NCBI GenBank assembly: GCA_037143195.1
Contig: JBAWZD010000001.1
Coordinates: forward strand, 144,892-208,891
Source of the DNA: a bacterium
GTDB lineage: Bacteria > Patescibacteriota > Minisyncoccia > Phycocordibacterales > UBA9973
DNA length: 64,000 nt
Direction: 5' to 3'
Shown here: in pieces, positions 40,655 through 49,256 of the stretch
Position numbering within the stretch: position 1 is the first letter of the stretch
How the letters are laid out: the number at the start of each line of letters is the position of its first letter
The notes under the pieces: generated by a model
What the model was told of the DNA's origin: nothing
Seen by the model: only the letters and a program-made list of their open reading frames with translations
The model's database searches: none
Made by a program: the position numbers and the translations under genes

Positions 40655-41188
40655 TTAGTTTAAACGGATTAATTGCCCGTTTACAAAGGTTGTTTCTCCG
40701 GGCGTCATTGTCGTGCCGCGAAGATATAAAACTTTAATTTTTGTTTTGAACGACGTCGGTGTCGACGACGTTTTTAATAAATCTCCAAATACGTCCATGC
40801 TTACGTACGTGTTTGGGGTTATGCGAAACTGTGACCATGTCAGGTTTGAAACCGGTGTTATTCCGGTTGTTATACCTATTGTGTCATAGCAGTCTGGCAC
40901 CGCGTAGGCGGTGCCGTAGTAGCGACCGTAGCCGTAGCCACGAAAACGCAAATTTGAGAACAACACGTGGAAACTATCAGCTTCCAGTCCAGAGATAATG
41001 TTGCATACGACGATGGTGTCTGTCGTAGCATTCAGGATTCTAAACGACCCAATTTTTTCGTTCGTTACTGTTGGTCCAGTAACAGTTTGGGTTGTATATG
41101 TCATATTCTGAACGACATATATTTGTGCAGATGCCGGAGCAAGCTCAACAGCTATAAGCAAAACAAGTAACAAAAACATTTTTTTCAT
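40655..41188 (-). CDS. Secreted beta-rich hypothetical protein
   Basis: Signal peptide MKKMFLLLVLLIAVELAPASAQ. Confidence 0.7.
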   Translation of the reverse strand: MKKMFLLLVLLIAVELAPASAQIYVVQNMTYTTQTVTGPTVTNEKIGSFRILNATTDTIVVCNIISGLEADSFHVLFSNLRFRGYGYGRYYGTAYAVPDCYDTIGITTGITPVSNLTWSQFRITPNTYVSMDVFGDLLKTSSTPTSFKTKIKVLYLRGTTMTPGETTFVNGQLIRLN

Positions 41189-41246
41189 AAAAGTACTATT
41201 TTGGTTTTGCAACATTATACATAAATATTTAAAAACGTCAAGTATG

Positions 41247-41303
41247 CGTAATGGTTCAATACCTTAAACCACTGGGGTGATTCCAAGGTATTGAACCATT
41301 ACG
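41247..41303. repeat. Perfect 19-bp inverted repeat between divergent promoters
   Basis: CGTAATGGTTCAATACCTT-N19-AAGGTATTGAACCATTACG. Confidence 0.85.
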
Positions 41304-41427
41304 GTACATTGATTAATTTCTAATTTATGGTATAGTAAAAAAAATTTCTTTGAAAAACCAATGGATTAATTTGATTGGTGACCCGAGCGACTGTATGGGC
41401 TGTTGGGGTCACCAATCAAACAAACAC

Positions 41428-42138
41428 ATGACAAAGAGAAATGTTCTCATCACAGTTATTTCAGTGACCATCTTCAGTGCAATTAGTTACTATGTAAGCA
41501 CAACAATTCTAGAGCAGGATTTTAGTATTTGGATCATTGGTACGGGGTTCGTACTTGGATTGGTTTATGCCTTGGCAGTAGTAACCTTTTTAAATTTCAA
41601 AAAGGAAAAAAAAGAATTGGGTAGGTACAAAAAGCTTGAGTCTGAATACAAGCTCAGCCGATTAAGTAACCAAGATTTGCTTGAAAAATTGCTACCTGAA
41701 CTTTTTCGGGACAAGGAAAAAGTGAATGTGGTTGTAACCTCGAATTACCAAAATAAAATGACGAAACACATAATCGTTGCTGGTTTGGTCGGGTCACAAC
41801 TCATCGAGCCTAGGAAAATTCAGGGCGAGACTGAAAGAATCTTTTCCAACCTTGAAACATATGTTGATATGAGTCTCCCGACTTATGTCTTCATTCAAAT
41901 CGGAAAAGACTGCTTTGGGTACGGTATCCAAACGGTTCTTCGGGGCCTCAAACGCAATTATCCAAAAGTTGAAATTTATGTGATGTGTTCCAATTTTTAT
42001 TGGGATCACAAAAGTAGGGGTATAGAGCAGCTCATTCACGAAGGTACTGTCAACAAGCAAAAAATTGCTGACAGTGTCGGCCTCTTATTTTTGGGAGAAA
42101 AGATGATTGCTGTAATCAGTCAATCATTAAAAAATTAA
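41428..42138 (+). CDS. Hypothetical protein with two TM helices and a soluble domain
   Basis: AT-rich ORF; ATG follows a leader hairpin at 41369-41420. Confidence 0.65.
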   Translation: MTKRNVLITVISVTIFSAISYYVSTTILEQDFSIWIIGTGFVLGLVYALAVVTFLNFKKEKKELGRYKKLESEYKLSRLSNQDLLEKLLPELFRDKEKVNVVVTSNYQNKMTKHIIVAGLVGSQLIEPRKIQGETERIFSNLETYVDMSLPTYVFIQIGKDCFGYGIQTVLRGLKRNYPKVEIYVMCSNFYWDHKSRGIEQLIHEGTVNKQKIADSVGLLFLGEKMIAVISQSLKN

Positions 42139-42160
42139 AACGCAAAGACCACTTGAGAGA

Positions 42161-42724
42161 TCATCTCGGTGGTCTTTCTTGTTTGGAACTGAAATTGTTG
42201 ATACATCTCGCGGTGCCGTATCCAATAAGGAGAACTCCGACAATTACATTCAGTATGCTGACTAGCAAGGAGGGGATTCTTCCTCGCAGGAAAGAAAACA
42301 ATAGTACGGCCGTTCCCAAAAAAATGAGTGTCATACACCCACTTCCGAGACCAAAGATAATTAATTCCTTCTTTGTATAATTATATTCAATTGTCTTTGC
42401 AGTAAAAATACTTGCGAAAAATACGATAGTCAACGGACTCGAAAGCGTTAAGAAAAAAACAGATACATAACTCGAGAATAGGTTTGTTGTGTGTGTGGCC
42501 ACCACAGACGCAACATGTTCCATGAAGACAGATTTGAGGATAAATAAGCCGAACACAATCAGCACGAGGGAACTCGTGATCCCAAATATTTTTTTAAACT
42601 TTATATTTTCCAACAATTTTCCGACACCAAAAATCGCGAGAGTAATATAAATATAATCAACAGTCGTTGCAGCCAGAGCGCCCATCAAGCCATCAAGAGC
42701 TGTCCTCTTGAGAGTCAAATCCAA
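42161..42724 (-). pseudogene. 5'-truncated LysE-family translocator
   Basis: DYIYITLAIFG and FFLTLSSPLTIVFF motifs; the N-terminal G..GP helix and an ATG start are missing. Confidence 0.7.
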
Positions 42725-43074
42725 ACGAAGTTATAAGAGCTGAGCTTGAAAATCAAATCAATTCATTGCAGGAGCAAATTGTTTCGTCACAGGAGGCGAG
42801 AAATAATTTCGAGGTACAAGAAAACGACATTCATACGTTTTTGAAGTACGTAAAATATTTAATGGAACACCCGGTGGAAAGGCTTATAAAACAAAAGGAT
42901 TTATCCGTTTTGAAGAGTTTATTTACTTTAGTATTCGACGAATTGCCACTCTATACTGAAATTGTTAGTGGAACACCCAAATTATCTTTACCCTATAAGC
43001 TATCTGAAGAATTTAAGGTCAACAAAGACCTGATTGTGACTCTACGGGGAATCGAACCCCGATTACAGCCTTGA
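42721..43074 (+). pseudogene. C-terminal remnant of a tRNA-targeting (probably serine) recombinase
   Basis: Coiled coil then LFTLVFDELP.Y.EIVSGTPKLS; the frame runs into the antisense of tRNA-Glu (VTLRGIEPRLQP); catalytic domain absent. Confidence 0.65.
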
Positions 43075-43108
43075 GAAGGCCGTGTCCTAACCGTTAGACG
43101 ATAGAGCC
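43037..43108 (-). tRNA. tRNA-Glu(CTC)
   Basis: GGCTCTATCGTCTAACGGTTAGGACACGGCCTTCTCAAGGCTGTAATCGGGGTTCGATTCCCCGTAGAGTCA. Confidence 0.95.
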
Positions 43109-43223
43109 GATGAAAACGGCTCGAAAATCATAGCATTTTTTCTCACTTTCGTAAATAGACCGCTTGACTCGTGTGCTATACTTCAAATAGGAAGAAATCA
43201 TTATTAGTTAATTGATTTATTTT

Positions 43224-43463
43224 ATGCACAAAGTTACTGTCTACTCAACGCCATCGTGTCACTTCTGCCATATGGCCAAAGATTATTTTAAGGAAAAAGG
43301 AGTCGAGTTCACCGATATCGACGTCGCCGCTGATCCTGCAAAGCGCAAGGAAATGGTCGACCTCACCAAACAGCTCGGTGTGCCAGTCATTCGTATCGAC
43401 GATTCTTTTGTCGTTGGATTCAACAAGCCACGACTCATGGAACTCCTCGGACTGTCCGACTAA
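43224..43463 (+). CDS. Glutaredoxin-like (NrdH/YruB) redoxin
   Basis: TPSCHFC, GVPVI, VGFN. Confidence 0.92.
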   Translation: MHKVTVYSTPSCHFCHMAKDYFKEKGVEFTDIDVAADPAKRKEMVDLTKQLGVPVIRIDDSFVVGFNKPRLMELLGLSD

Positions 43464-43517
43464 TCAGAAATCATGTATGCTAAGGGCACCCTTCGGGGTG
43501 TTTTTTGCTGTCGCTTC

Positions 43518-43589
43518 GCCCTTGTAGTTCAATGGATAGAACAGTCCCGTCCTAAGGGATAGATGTCGGTCCGATTCCGGCCGAGGGCA
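43518..43589 (+). tRNA. tRNA-Arg(CCT)
   Basis: Cloverleaf; anticodon arm GTCCC-GTCCTAA-GGGAT. Confidence 0.9.
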
Positions 43590-43648
43590 CCGTACATAAA
43601 ATACGTAACCACGTATTGCAAAATGTCTTCACAGACGCTAGTATATGT

Positions 43649-43738
43649 GTGGTGCTTGTGAGGTCTATGGATCTCTCGCGGTTCAAATTAAACTGCAGAC
43701 AAGTACCACGAAAACACCGCCAATTGTGGCGGTTTTTT
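43649..43738 (+). ncRNA. Candidate standalone three-way-junction small RNA
   Basis: Promoter TTGCAA-N17-TAGTAT (43616-43644), 11-bp outer stem with two hairpins, then terminator ACCGCCA..TGGCGGTTTTTT. Confidence 0.55.
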
Positions 43739-43743
43739 CGTAC

Positions 43744-44229
43744 CTAATCTTTTTCAGGGTTACCACTATGTATGATTCTTTCACCGGTGTTTTTGTCGCT
43801 TCCCCAGAATGGAATAATACTTAAAAAATGTTTTTCGGAACCCTCAACTTGCTTAACGACTACTTTCACACGAACTTTTGAATCGTGTGAGTCCATCACA
43901 GCGATGAATTCGTAGTAGGAAACGACGCGCAGGACCTTCTCCCATTTTTGGTTCCTGCGGATACGTTCAATCTTTTGTGTACGCCAGTAACCTTGGAGTG
44001 TTTTTGAGTTTTGAATTATGGCAGATGCGAGCTTGAGATGACGAAAACGGCTAAATTGGTCTTCGATCGGACGGGTTTTGTTATATCCTTTAAAAATAAG
44101 GTGTTCCAATCCTTTTGCATTAAAATGTACATCTTCAGCGAAATACGGACATCGAATTTTGTCGATACTGTTGTAAAAATCTTCAGCACTGTGTTTCATC
44201 TGATTAAATTGTTCAATTGAAAACTGCAT
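43744..44229 (-). CDS. Hypothetical protein, putative BECR (barnase/RelE-like) nuclease
   Basis: VHFNAKGLEHL, conserved-looking Arg residues and a C-terminal beta-meander VKVVV..HFLSIIP. The fold is inferred. Confidence 0.55.
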   Translation of the reverse strand: MQFSIEQFNQMKHSAEDFYNSIDKIRCPYFAEDVHFNAKGLEHLIFKGYNKTRPIEDQFSRFRHLKLASAIIQNSKTLQGYWRTQKIERIRRNQKWEKVLRVVSYYEFIAVMDSHDSKVRVKVVVKQVEGSEKHFLSIIPFWGSDKNTGERIIHSGNPEKD

Positions 44230-44317
44230 TATGTATAGTATATCCAAGTTATACGGTAGGTGACAAGCCTGCATGTGCTATTTGAGAATCGAGTAGAATT
44301 GTGTTACAGTACGTGAC

Positions 44318-44608
44318 ATGGACGCCGATGACAAGAAAAAACTCGACCGCATACTTGAACTCGCGGAAGAGAACAATCAATACATTCGGAAGGTCCGTAG
44401 TTCACAAAAGACGTCTCAAATGATCAAGGCGATCTATTGGGTCGTGATAATCACGTTTGTGCTTGGAGGGTTTTACTATGTACAACCATACTTCAAGACA
44501 CTCACGGGGATCTACTCTGCAACGACAGGGAAGTCAGCGAATTTCCAATTCTCTGATACCGCCCAAATTCAGGGTCTTCTCCAGCAGTTTAAAGGCCAAA
44601 TTAAATAA
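44318..44608 (+). CDS. Small single-TM hypothetical protein
   Basis: LELAEENN..IRK, TM helix with YYVQPY. Confidence 0.75.
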   Translation: MDADDKKKLDRILELAEENNQYIRKVRSSQKTSQMIKAIYWVVIITFVLGGFYYVQPYFKTLTGIYSATTGKSANFQFSDTAQIQGLLQQFKGQIK

Positions 44609-44614
44609 AACCAT

Positions 44615-44687
44615 GCCGAAGTAGCTCAGTTGGTAGAGCGCTCCCCTGAAGAGGGATAGGTCACCAGTTCGACCCTGGTCTTCGGCA
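44615..44687 (+). tRNA. tRNA-Phe(GAA)
   Basis: GCCGAAG..CTCCC-CTGAAGA-GGGAT..GTTCGA..CTTCGGCA. Confidence 0.93.
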
Positions 44688-44761
44688 CAACATACCACTA
44701 AAACTTGCACAAATTAGCTTTTTGTGTTGTTTTGGTGTATATTGGTGTCAAACCAAAGATT

Positions 44762-45184
44762 ATGCTATTAAAAACTTTCGGAATCATGGATTCCTCAAAA
44801 ATGTACGGACAGCGGTTCGTGGAAAAAATAACAGAACTGCAACAAGAATTCCCTGGTAAACGCATTGTGGTTTACCATGATAAGATTTCTCCGGTCATCG
44901 CCGAGTGCGACGGTGTTCTCGTTTGCCAGTTGCCAAAGGAGATAATTACAAATATTGGGAGTCAGGTTATACTTACCCAAGATTTGGAGAAATTATGGCT
45001 TTTTTCAAATGATATTGTAGTGCTATATCTCAATAGCACTCATGTCCTCGAAGGCAGGAAAGTCTCCTGCCGAGAACACATGCAAATCAAAATTTGCACA
45101 CTTCTTAATATGCAGAAGCATGCTGAGGATAAATGGAGAGACAAGATTGCAATGTATGAATCCGGGAAGCCATTCTGGATTTAA
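44762..45184 (+). CDS. AT-rich hypothetical protein
   Basis: ORF after tRNA-Phe, followed by a terminator at 45191-45225. Confidence 0.55.
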   Translation: MLLKTFGIMDSSKMYGQRFVEKITELQQEFPGKRIVVYHDKISPVIAECDGVLVCQLPKEIITNIGSQVILTQDLEKLWLFSNDIVVLYLNSTHVLEGRKVSCREHMQIKICTLLNMQKHAEDKWRDKIAMYESGKPFWI

Positions 45185-45257
45185 ATTAAGAAACGACCAG
45201 CTTCACATCGGAGCTGGTCGTTTTTGCATTTGGGCTGTCCAATGTATACTAGACGGC

Positions 45258-46097
45258 ATGATTGAAGGAGAAATACATCCTCTCGCGACGCCACCGAAAT
45301 CTAAAAAAATCGGGCGTAGACTGAAGCAAGCGGTACTTGTGACTGCTGCGACTGTGCTTCCTGTCGCTCTTGGCAAAGAAAAAATTCCGCATAACACGTC
45401 GTTTGGTTCAGAAAAAATAATTGAACGAAACGCACAGTTTGATACGAAAGCTCCGCGTTTGGTCCCTATAGAAGAGCTTCCACGTCAAATTGAACTCAGC
45501 CCTGATACTCTGCGTACGAATGATACGAATGCTCCGCAGCAAAGTGCTGCGATTGATACGGTGCGATCTGATATTCAAAAAACATTTACGACACATTCAG
45601 AAGAGCGAGCAGTGCCGACTTCGCTTGAGAAAAAACAGATTGAAGTTAGCGTTGATACGCTTGAGCGATATATTCGCGATATTGTGAATGAAGGTTTGAA
45701 AAACGCCGAGAAAGAAGTGAAGTATGACGCCAAGGGAAAGGTCATAAAAAAAGACGTAATAACGACGCTACACTCACTCAATATTACAAAGCAGGGAGAT
45801 GTCTTGAGCTGTAGTGCTCTTTTGAAAGCAAAGAAAGGATTTTTTCTTACGTTCGATATCAAAGTGAAAGGGGAATTGTTTAATACGGATGGAGGTGTTG
45901 CGCTTGGTAATCCTGACATACATGCTCGCACCGAAGGTATTGCTCGACAAGCAGAGGAACAAATCATGCCTGTGTGGGACACAATCATGCCGATGCTCGG
46001 AATGAGACTCGCGCGTGAGCACAAGGCTGAAGGGAAATCGAAAACGACGGTTGGTGGAAGTGGTTTGAAATATGAATTTGCCACAAAGAAGGAGTAG
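45258..46097 (+). CDS. Hypothetical membrane-anchored or secreted protein
   Basis: TATACT-7nt-ATG; basic segment then a hydrophobic helix. Confidence 0.7.
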   Translation: MIEGEIHPLATPPKSKKIGRRLKQAVLVTAATVLPVALGKEKIPHNTSFGSEKIIERNAQFDTKAPRLVPIEELPRQIELSPDTLRTNDTNAPQQSAAIDTVRSDIQKTFTTHSEERAVPTSLEKKQIEVSVDTLERYIRDIVNEGLKNAEKEVKYDAKGKVIKKDVITTLHSLNITKQGDVLSCSALLKAKKGFFLTFDIKVKGELFNTDGGVALGNPDIHARTEGIARQAEEQIMPVWDTIMPMLGMRLAREHKAEGKSKTTVGGSGLKYEFATKKE

Positions 46098-46142
46098 CCC
46101 GCGGGCACTATCGTTTTTTTGTTTTTTTGCTACAATACGCGC

Positions 46143-47165
46143 ATGAATAAAACACGCGTAGCAATCAACGGATTCGGTCGTATTGGCCGAGCATTTTTAA
46201 AAGTAGCTTGGGAGAAACCTGAATTAGAAATCGTCGCTGTAAACGATCTCGGTTCGATCGAGGCGCTTACATACCTTTTGAAATACGACACAGTGTATCA
46301 TCGCTGGAACCATGAGGTGAAGCATGATGGCAAAGACATTTGGATTGATGGCAAACAGGTTCACTTCATTTCAGAAAAGGATACCACCAAGCTTCCATGG
46401 AAGGATTTGAATGTTGACGTTGTTGTTGAATCGACTGGTCTCTTTACTGCATTTGAGAAATGTAAATTCCATCTTGATGACGGTGCGAAGAAAGTTGTCA
46501 TCTCGGCTCCTTCAAAAGGTGATGGATCATTCCCTGGTGAGACTATTCTCCTTGGTGTGAACGAAGAGAAATTTGGTACGTGTGATATCACTTCGAATGC
46601 ATCATGTACGACCAATGCGGCTTCGCCGCTCATCGGTATCCTCGATGCTGCAATCGGTATCGAGAAAGCAGTACTTTCAACGACACACGCATACACCGGT
46701 ACTCAGGCTATCGTTGATGGACCAAGCAAAAAAGATTTGCGTGAGGGCCGCGCAGCGGCCCAGAACATTGTGCCAAGTTCAACCGGCGCTGCTATCGCCG
46801 TTGCAAAAGCATATCCGCAACTCGAAGGACTCTTTGACGGTATCTCACTTCGCGTGCCGGTACCTGCAGGTTCAATCGTTGATATTACATTCATCGCAAA
46901 GCGCCCAACGACAGTCGAAGAAGTAAACACTATTCTCCGCACCGCAGCGAAAGATCCAAAATGGTCCGCAATCTTCGATGCAAGTGACGAGCCACTCGTC
47001 TCAAGTGACATTCTCGGTGAATCACACGCATCCATAGCCGACCTCGCCATGACTCGTGTCATCGGAGGCAACCTCGTCAAAGTTCTCGGCTGGTACGACA
47101 ACGAAATGGGGTACACGCACACACTCGTCGACCATGTCATCAAGACTGGAAAGACAATCAAGTAA
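46143..47165 (+). CDS. gap: Glyceraldehyde-3-phosphate dehydrogenase (type I)
   Basis: INGFGRIGR, NASCTTN, WYDNE. Confidence 0.97.
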   Translation: MNKTRVAINGFGRIGRAFLKVAWEKPELEIVAVNDLGSIEALTYLLKYDTVYHRWNHEVKHDGKDIWIDGKQVHFISEKDTTKLPWKDLNVDVVVESTGLFTAFEKCKFHLDDGAKKVVISAPSKGDGSFPGETILLGVNEEKFGTCDITSNASCTTNAASPLIGILDAAIGIEKAVLSTTHAYTGTQAIVDGPSKKDLREGRAAAQNIVPSSTGAAIAVAKAYPQLEGLFDGISLRVPVPAGSIVDITFIAKRPTTVEEVNTILRTAAKDPKWSAIFDASDEPLVSSDILGESHASIADLAMTRVIGGNLVKVLGWYDNEMGYTHTLVDHVIKTGKTIK

Positions 47166-47168
47166 CCT

Positions 47169-48038
47169 ATGCCCCCACGAGAATCATTTGATCTAAATAA
47201 GAAGTCAGATGAGCAAAATAAGCAAAATGAGGGTTCTTGGCTTGGGCGAAATACTCGCAAGCTTGTTGCCGGAGTTGCACTCACGGCACTTTCTCTTACT
47301 CCACACGAGTCACGTGCTCAAAAAAGTTATTCTGAAAAAGATACAGCACTGCATCCGAGGACTGAATGGGCGTATCAAGATGGCAAAGATTTTGCTACTC
47401 ACAATTCTCAAAAATATCCTGGATTTGTTGAACATTTCACGCGTAATATTTATAAAGGTAGTAAGGACACGAATTCATACTCATTTGCTACCTATACGAC
47501 AGAGGATCAATTACCGATTGATCCTCCCGAAGTAACAAAACTAAAGCTTGCACAAAAGGAAACCGAAGCGTCGTTTTATGCGAATCCGGAAGTGTGGGCG
47601 AAACAGCAAGTTGAATTCCAGAAAACTCCTGCATTTCGACAAAAAGTGGACACAGAATACATTCAGGGTCTTGATGAAAAAATAAAAGAACTTGAGTTTA
47701 AGGTGTCGATTTTTGGTTCAAACAGCACTGACCATTTTACGGAAGGTAATATGGTAAAAAAAGATTCAAGTGATGTGTATGAGTTAAAGAATCAGAAACC
47801 CGTCGAAGTCAAGCGAACTGATGAAATACGAGAGATGAAGGAACTTCGCGATCGTTATCTTAAGAATCGAAAAGAAATTTTGGATAAAGAAGTAGCGAAC
47901 GAAACAAAAACCTACGAACAGCTTGTTGGAATTGCAGAAATGAAACAGCAAGCGCTTCAAGAAGAAATAAAGGATCTTAGTGAGAATTATCAAAATACGC
48001 TAAAATATATTCAGGACCACACGAAAGTAAAAAAATAA
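47169..48038 (+). CDS. Hypothetical anchored coiled-coil protein
   Basis: 289-aa ORF with RKLVAGVALTALSL helix. Confidence 0.7.
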   Translation: MPPRESFDLNKKSDEQNKQNEGSWLGRNTRKLVAGVALTALSLTPHESRAQKSYSEKDTALHPRTEWAYQDGKDFATHNSQKYPGFVEHFTRNIYKGSKDTNSYSFATYTTEDQLPIDPPEVTKLKLAQKETEASFYANPEVWAKQQVEFQKTPAFRQKVDTEYIQGLDEKIKELEFKVSIFGSNSTDHFTEGNMVKKDSSDVYELKNQKPVEVKRTDEIREMKELRDRYLKNRKEILDKEVANETKTYEQLVGIAEMKQQALQEEIKDLSENYQNTLKYIQDHTKVKK

Positions 48039-48041
48039 TTT

Positions 48042-48530
48042 ATGAAAATTTATATCGCCACAGATCATGCAGGGTTTGAACTGAAGGAAACACTCAAGGC
48101 ATACTTGGGTACTTTGGGGCACGACGTTGTCGACAAAGGGGCATTTACCTTTGATGCACAGGATGACTATCCTGACTTTGTTCGCCCATGTGCTGAAGCA
48201 GTTGCGGCAGATACTGAGAGTCTTGGTGTCGTGCTCGGCGGGTCTGGTCAGGGCGAGGCCATGTGTGCCAATCGCGTGAAGGGGATTCGGGCAGCGGTAT
48301 TTTATGGACCGATGCTTCCGGTCGGTGCGACGGATGTGAGTGGACGTGAGTCCACGGATCCGTTTGAATTGATCACGCTCGCACGTGAACACAACAATGC
48401 AAACATCTTGTCGCTTGGTTCTCGATTTCTTACCGAAGAAAATGCCAAAACCGCAGTGAAGCTCTTCGTCGAAGGAGTGTTTCCAAAAGCCGAACGAAAT
48501 GTTCGTCGCATTACCAAACTTGATCTCTAA
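48042..48530 (+). CDS. rpiB: Ribose-5-phosphate isomerase B
   Basis: TDHAG, DDYPD, GGSGQG, REHNNAN. Confidence 0.93.
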   Translation: MKIYIATDHAGFELKETLKAYLGTLGHDVVDKGAFTFDAQDDYPDFVRPCAEAVAADTESLGVVLGGSGQGEAMCANRVKGIRAAVFYGPMLPVGATDVSGRESTDPFELITLAREHNNANILSLGSRFLTEENAKTAVKLFVEGVFPKAERNVRRITKLDL

Positions 48531-48533
48531 TCT

Positions 48534-49250
48534 ATGACTGAAATTATTCCTGCCGTTCTCGAAAAAAATTACACTGATGTTGTGAAGCGCCTCGATCAGG
48601 TAGCTGGTCTCGTGAAGACCGTACAGATTGATATTTGTGATGGAGTGTTCGTTCCAAGTGTGACATGGCCGTTCATCAGTCCTGCACAATACGACAAGAC
48701 CTTGAATCTCGATGCGGGATACCAGAAGATTGTTGCCGATGAGACAGAAATGCCACATTGGGAAGATTTTGATTTTGAACTTGATCTTATGGTTGCTGAT
48801 GCAAAAAAACTACTTCCAGATTTGATGACGCTTGGACCATCACGTGTACTTTTTCATGCGGAAGCGTTTACTGATCTCTACACGGAGATTGAAGAATGCT
48901 GCAAATTGATGCCGACGATCGTTGAGCCGGGGATTGCAATCAATGCCGATACAAATCCTGAGGTCTTGTTTGAGTTGCTTGATGCAGGACTCATCACGAG
49001 TGTGCAGTGTATGGGAATTGCGAAGATTGGATATCAAGGACAGCCGTTTGATGAGCGTGTGTTTGCAAACTTGCGCGCGCTCCGCGCACGCTATCCAAAT
49101 CTCCCACTCGGAGTCGACGGAGCAGTCACCCTCGAAACAGCCCCAAAGCTCGTCGAAGCCGGCGCTACGCGCCTCGCATCAGGCTCGGGCATATTTGCAG
49201 CCCCCGATATCACCAAAAGAATCAAAGAATTCGAATCTGTGCTAAAATAG
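48534..49250 (+). CDS. rpe: Ribulose-phosphate 3-epimerase
   Basis: QIDICDGVFVP, GYQGQPF, VDGAV; context. Confidence 0.85.
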   Translation: MTEIIPAVLEKNYTDVVKRLDQVAGLVKTVQIDICDGVFVPSVTWPFISPAQYDKTLNLDAGYQKIVADETEMPHWEDFDFELDLMVADAKKLLPDLMTLGPSRVLFHAEAFTDLYTEIEECCKLMPTIVEPGIAINADTNPEVLFELLDAGLITSVQCMGIAKIGYQGQPFDERVFANLRALRARYPNLPLGVDGAVTLETAPKLVEAGATRLASGSGIFAAPDITKRIKEFESVLK

Positions 49251-49256
49251 CTCCAT

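Noticed and set aside
43649-43709. Purine riboswitch
   Set aside because: Junctions are 0-2 nt, the ligand-pocket nucleotides are absent, and there is no downstream sense gene.
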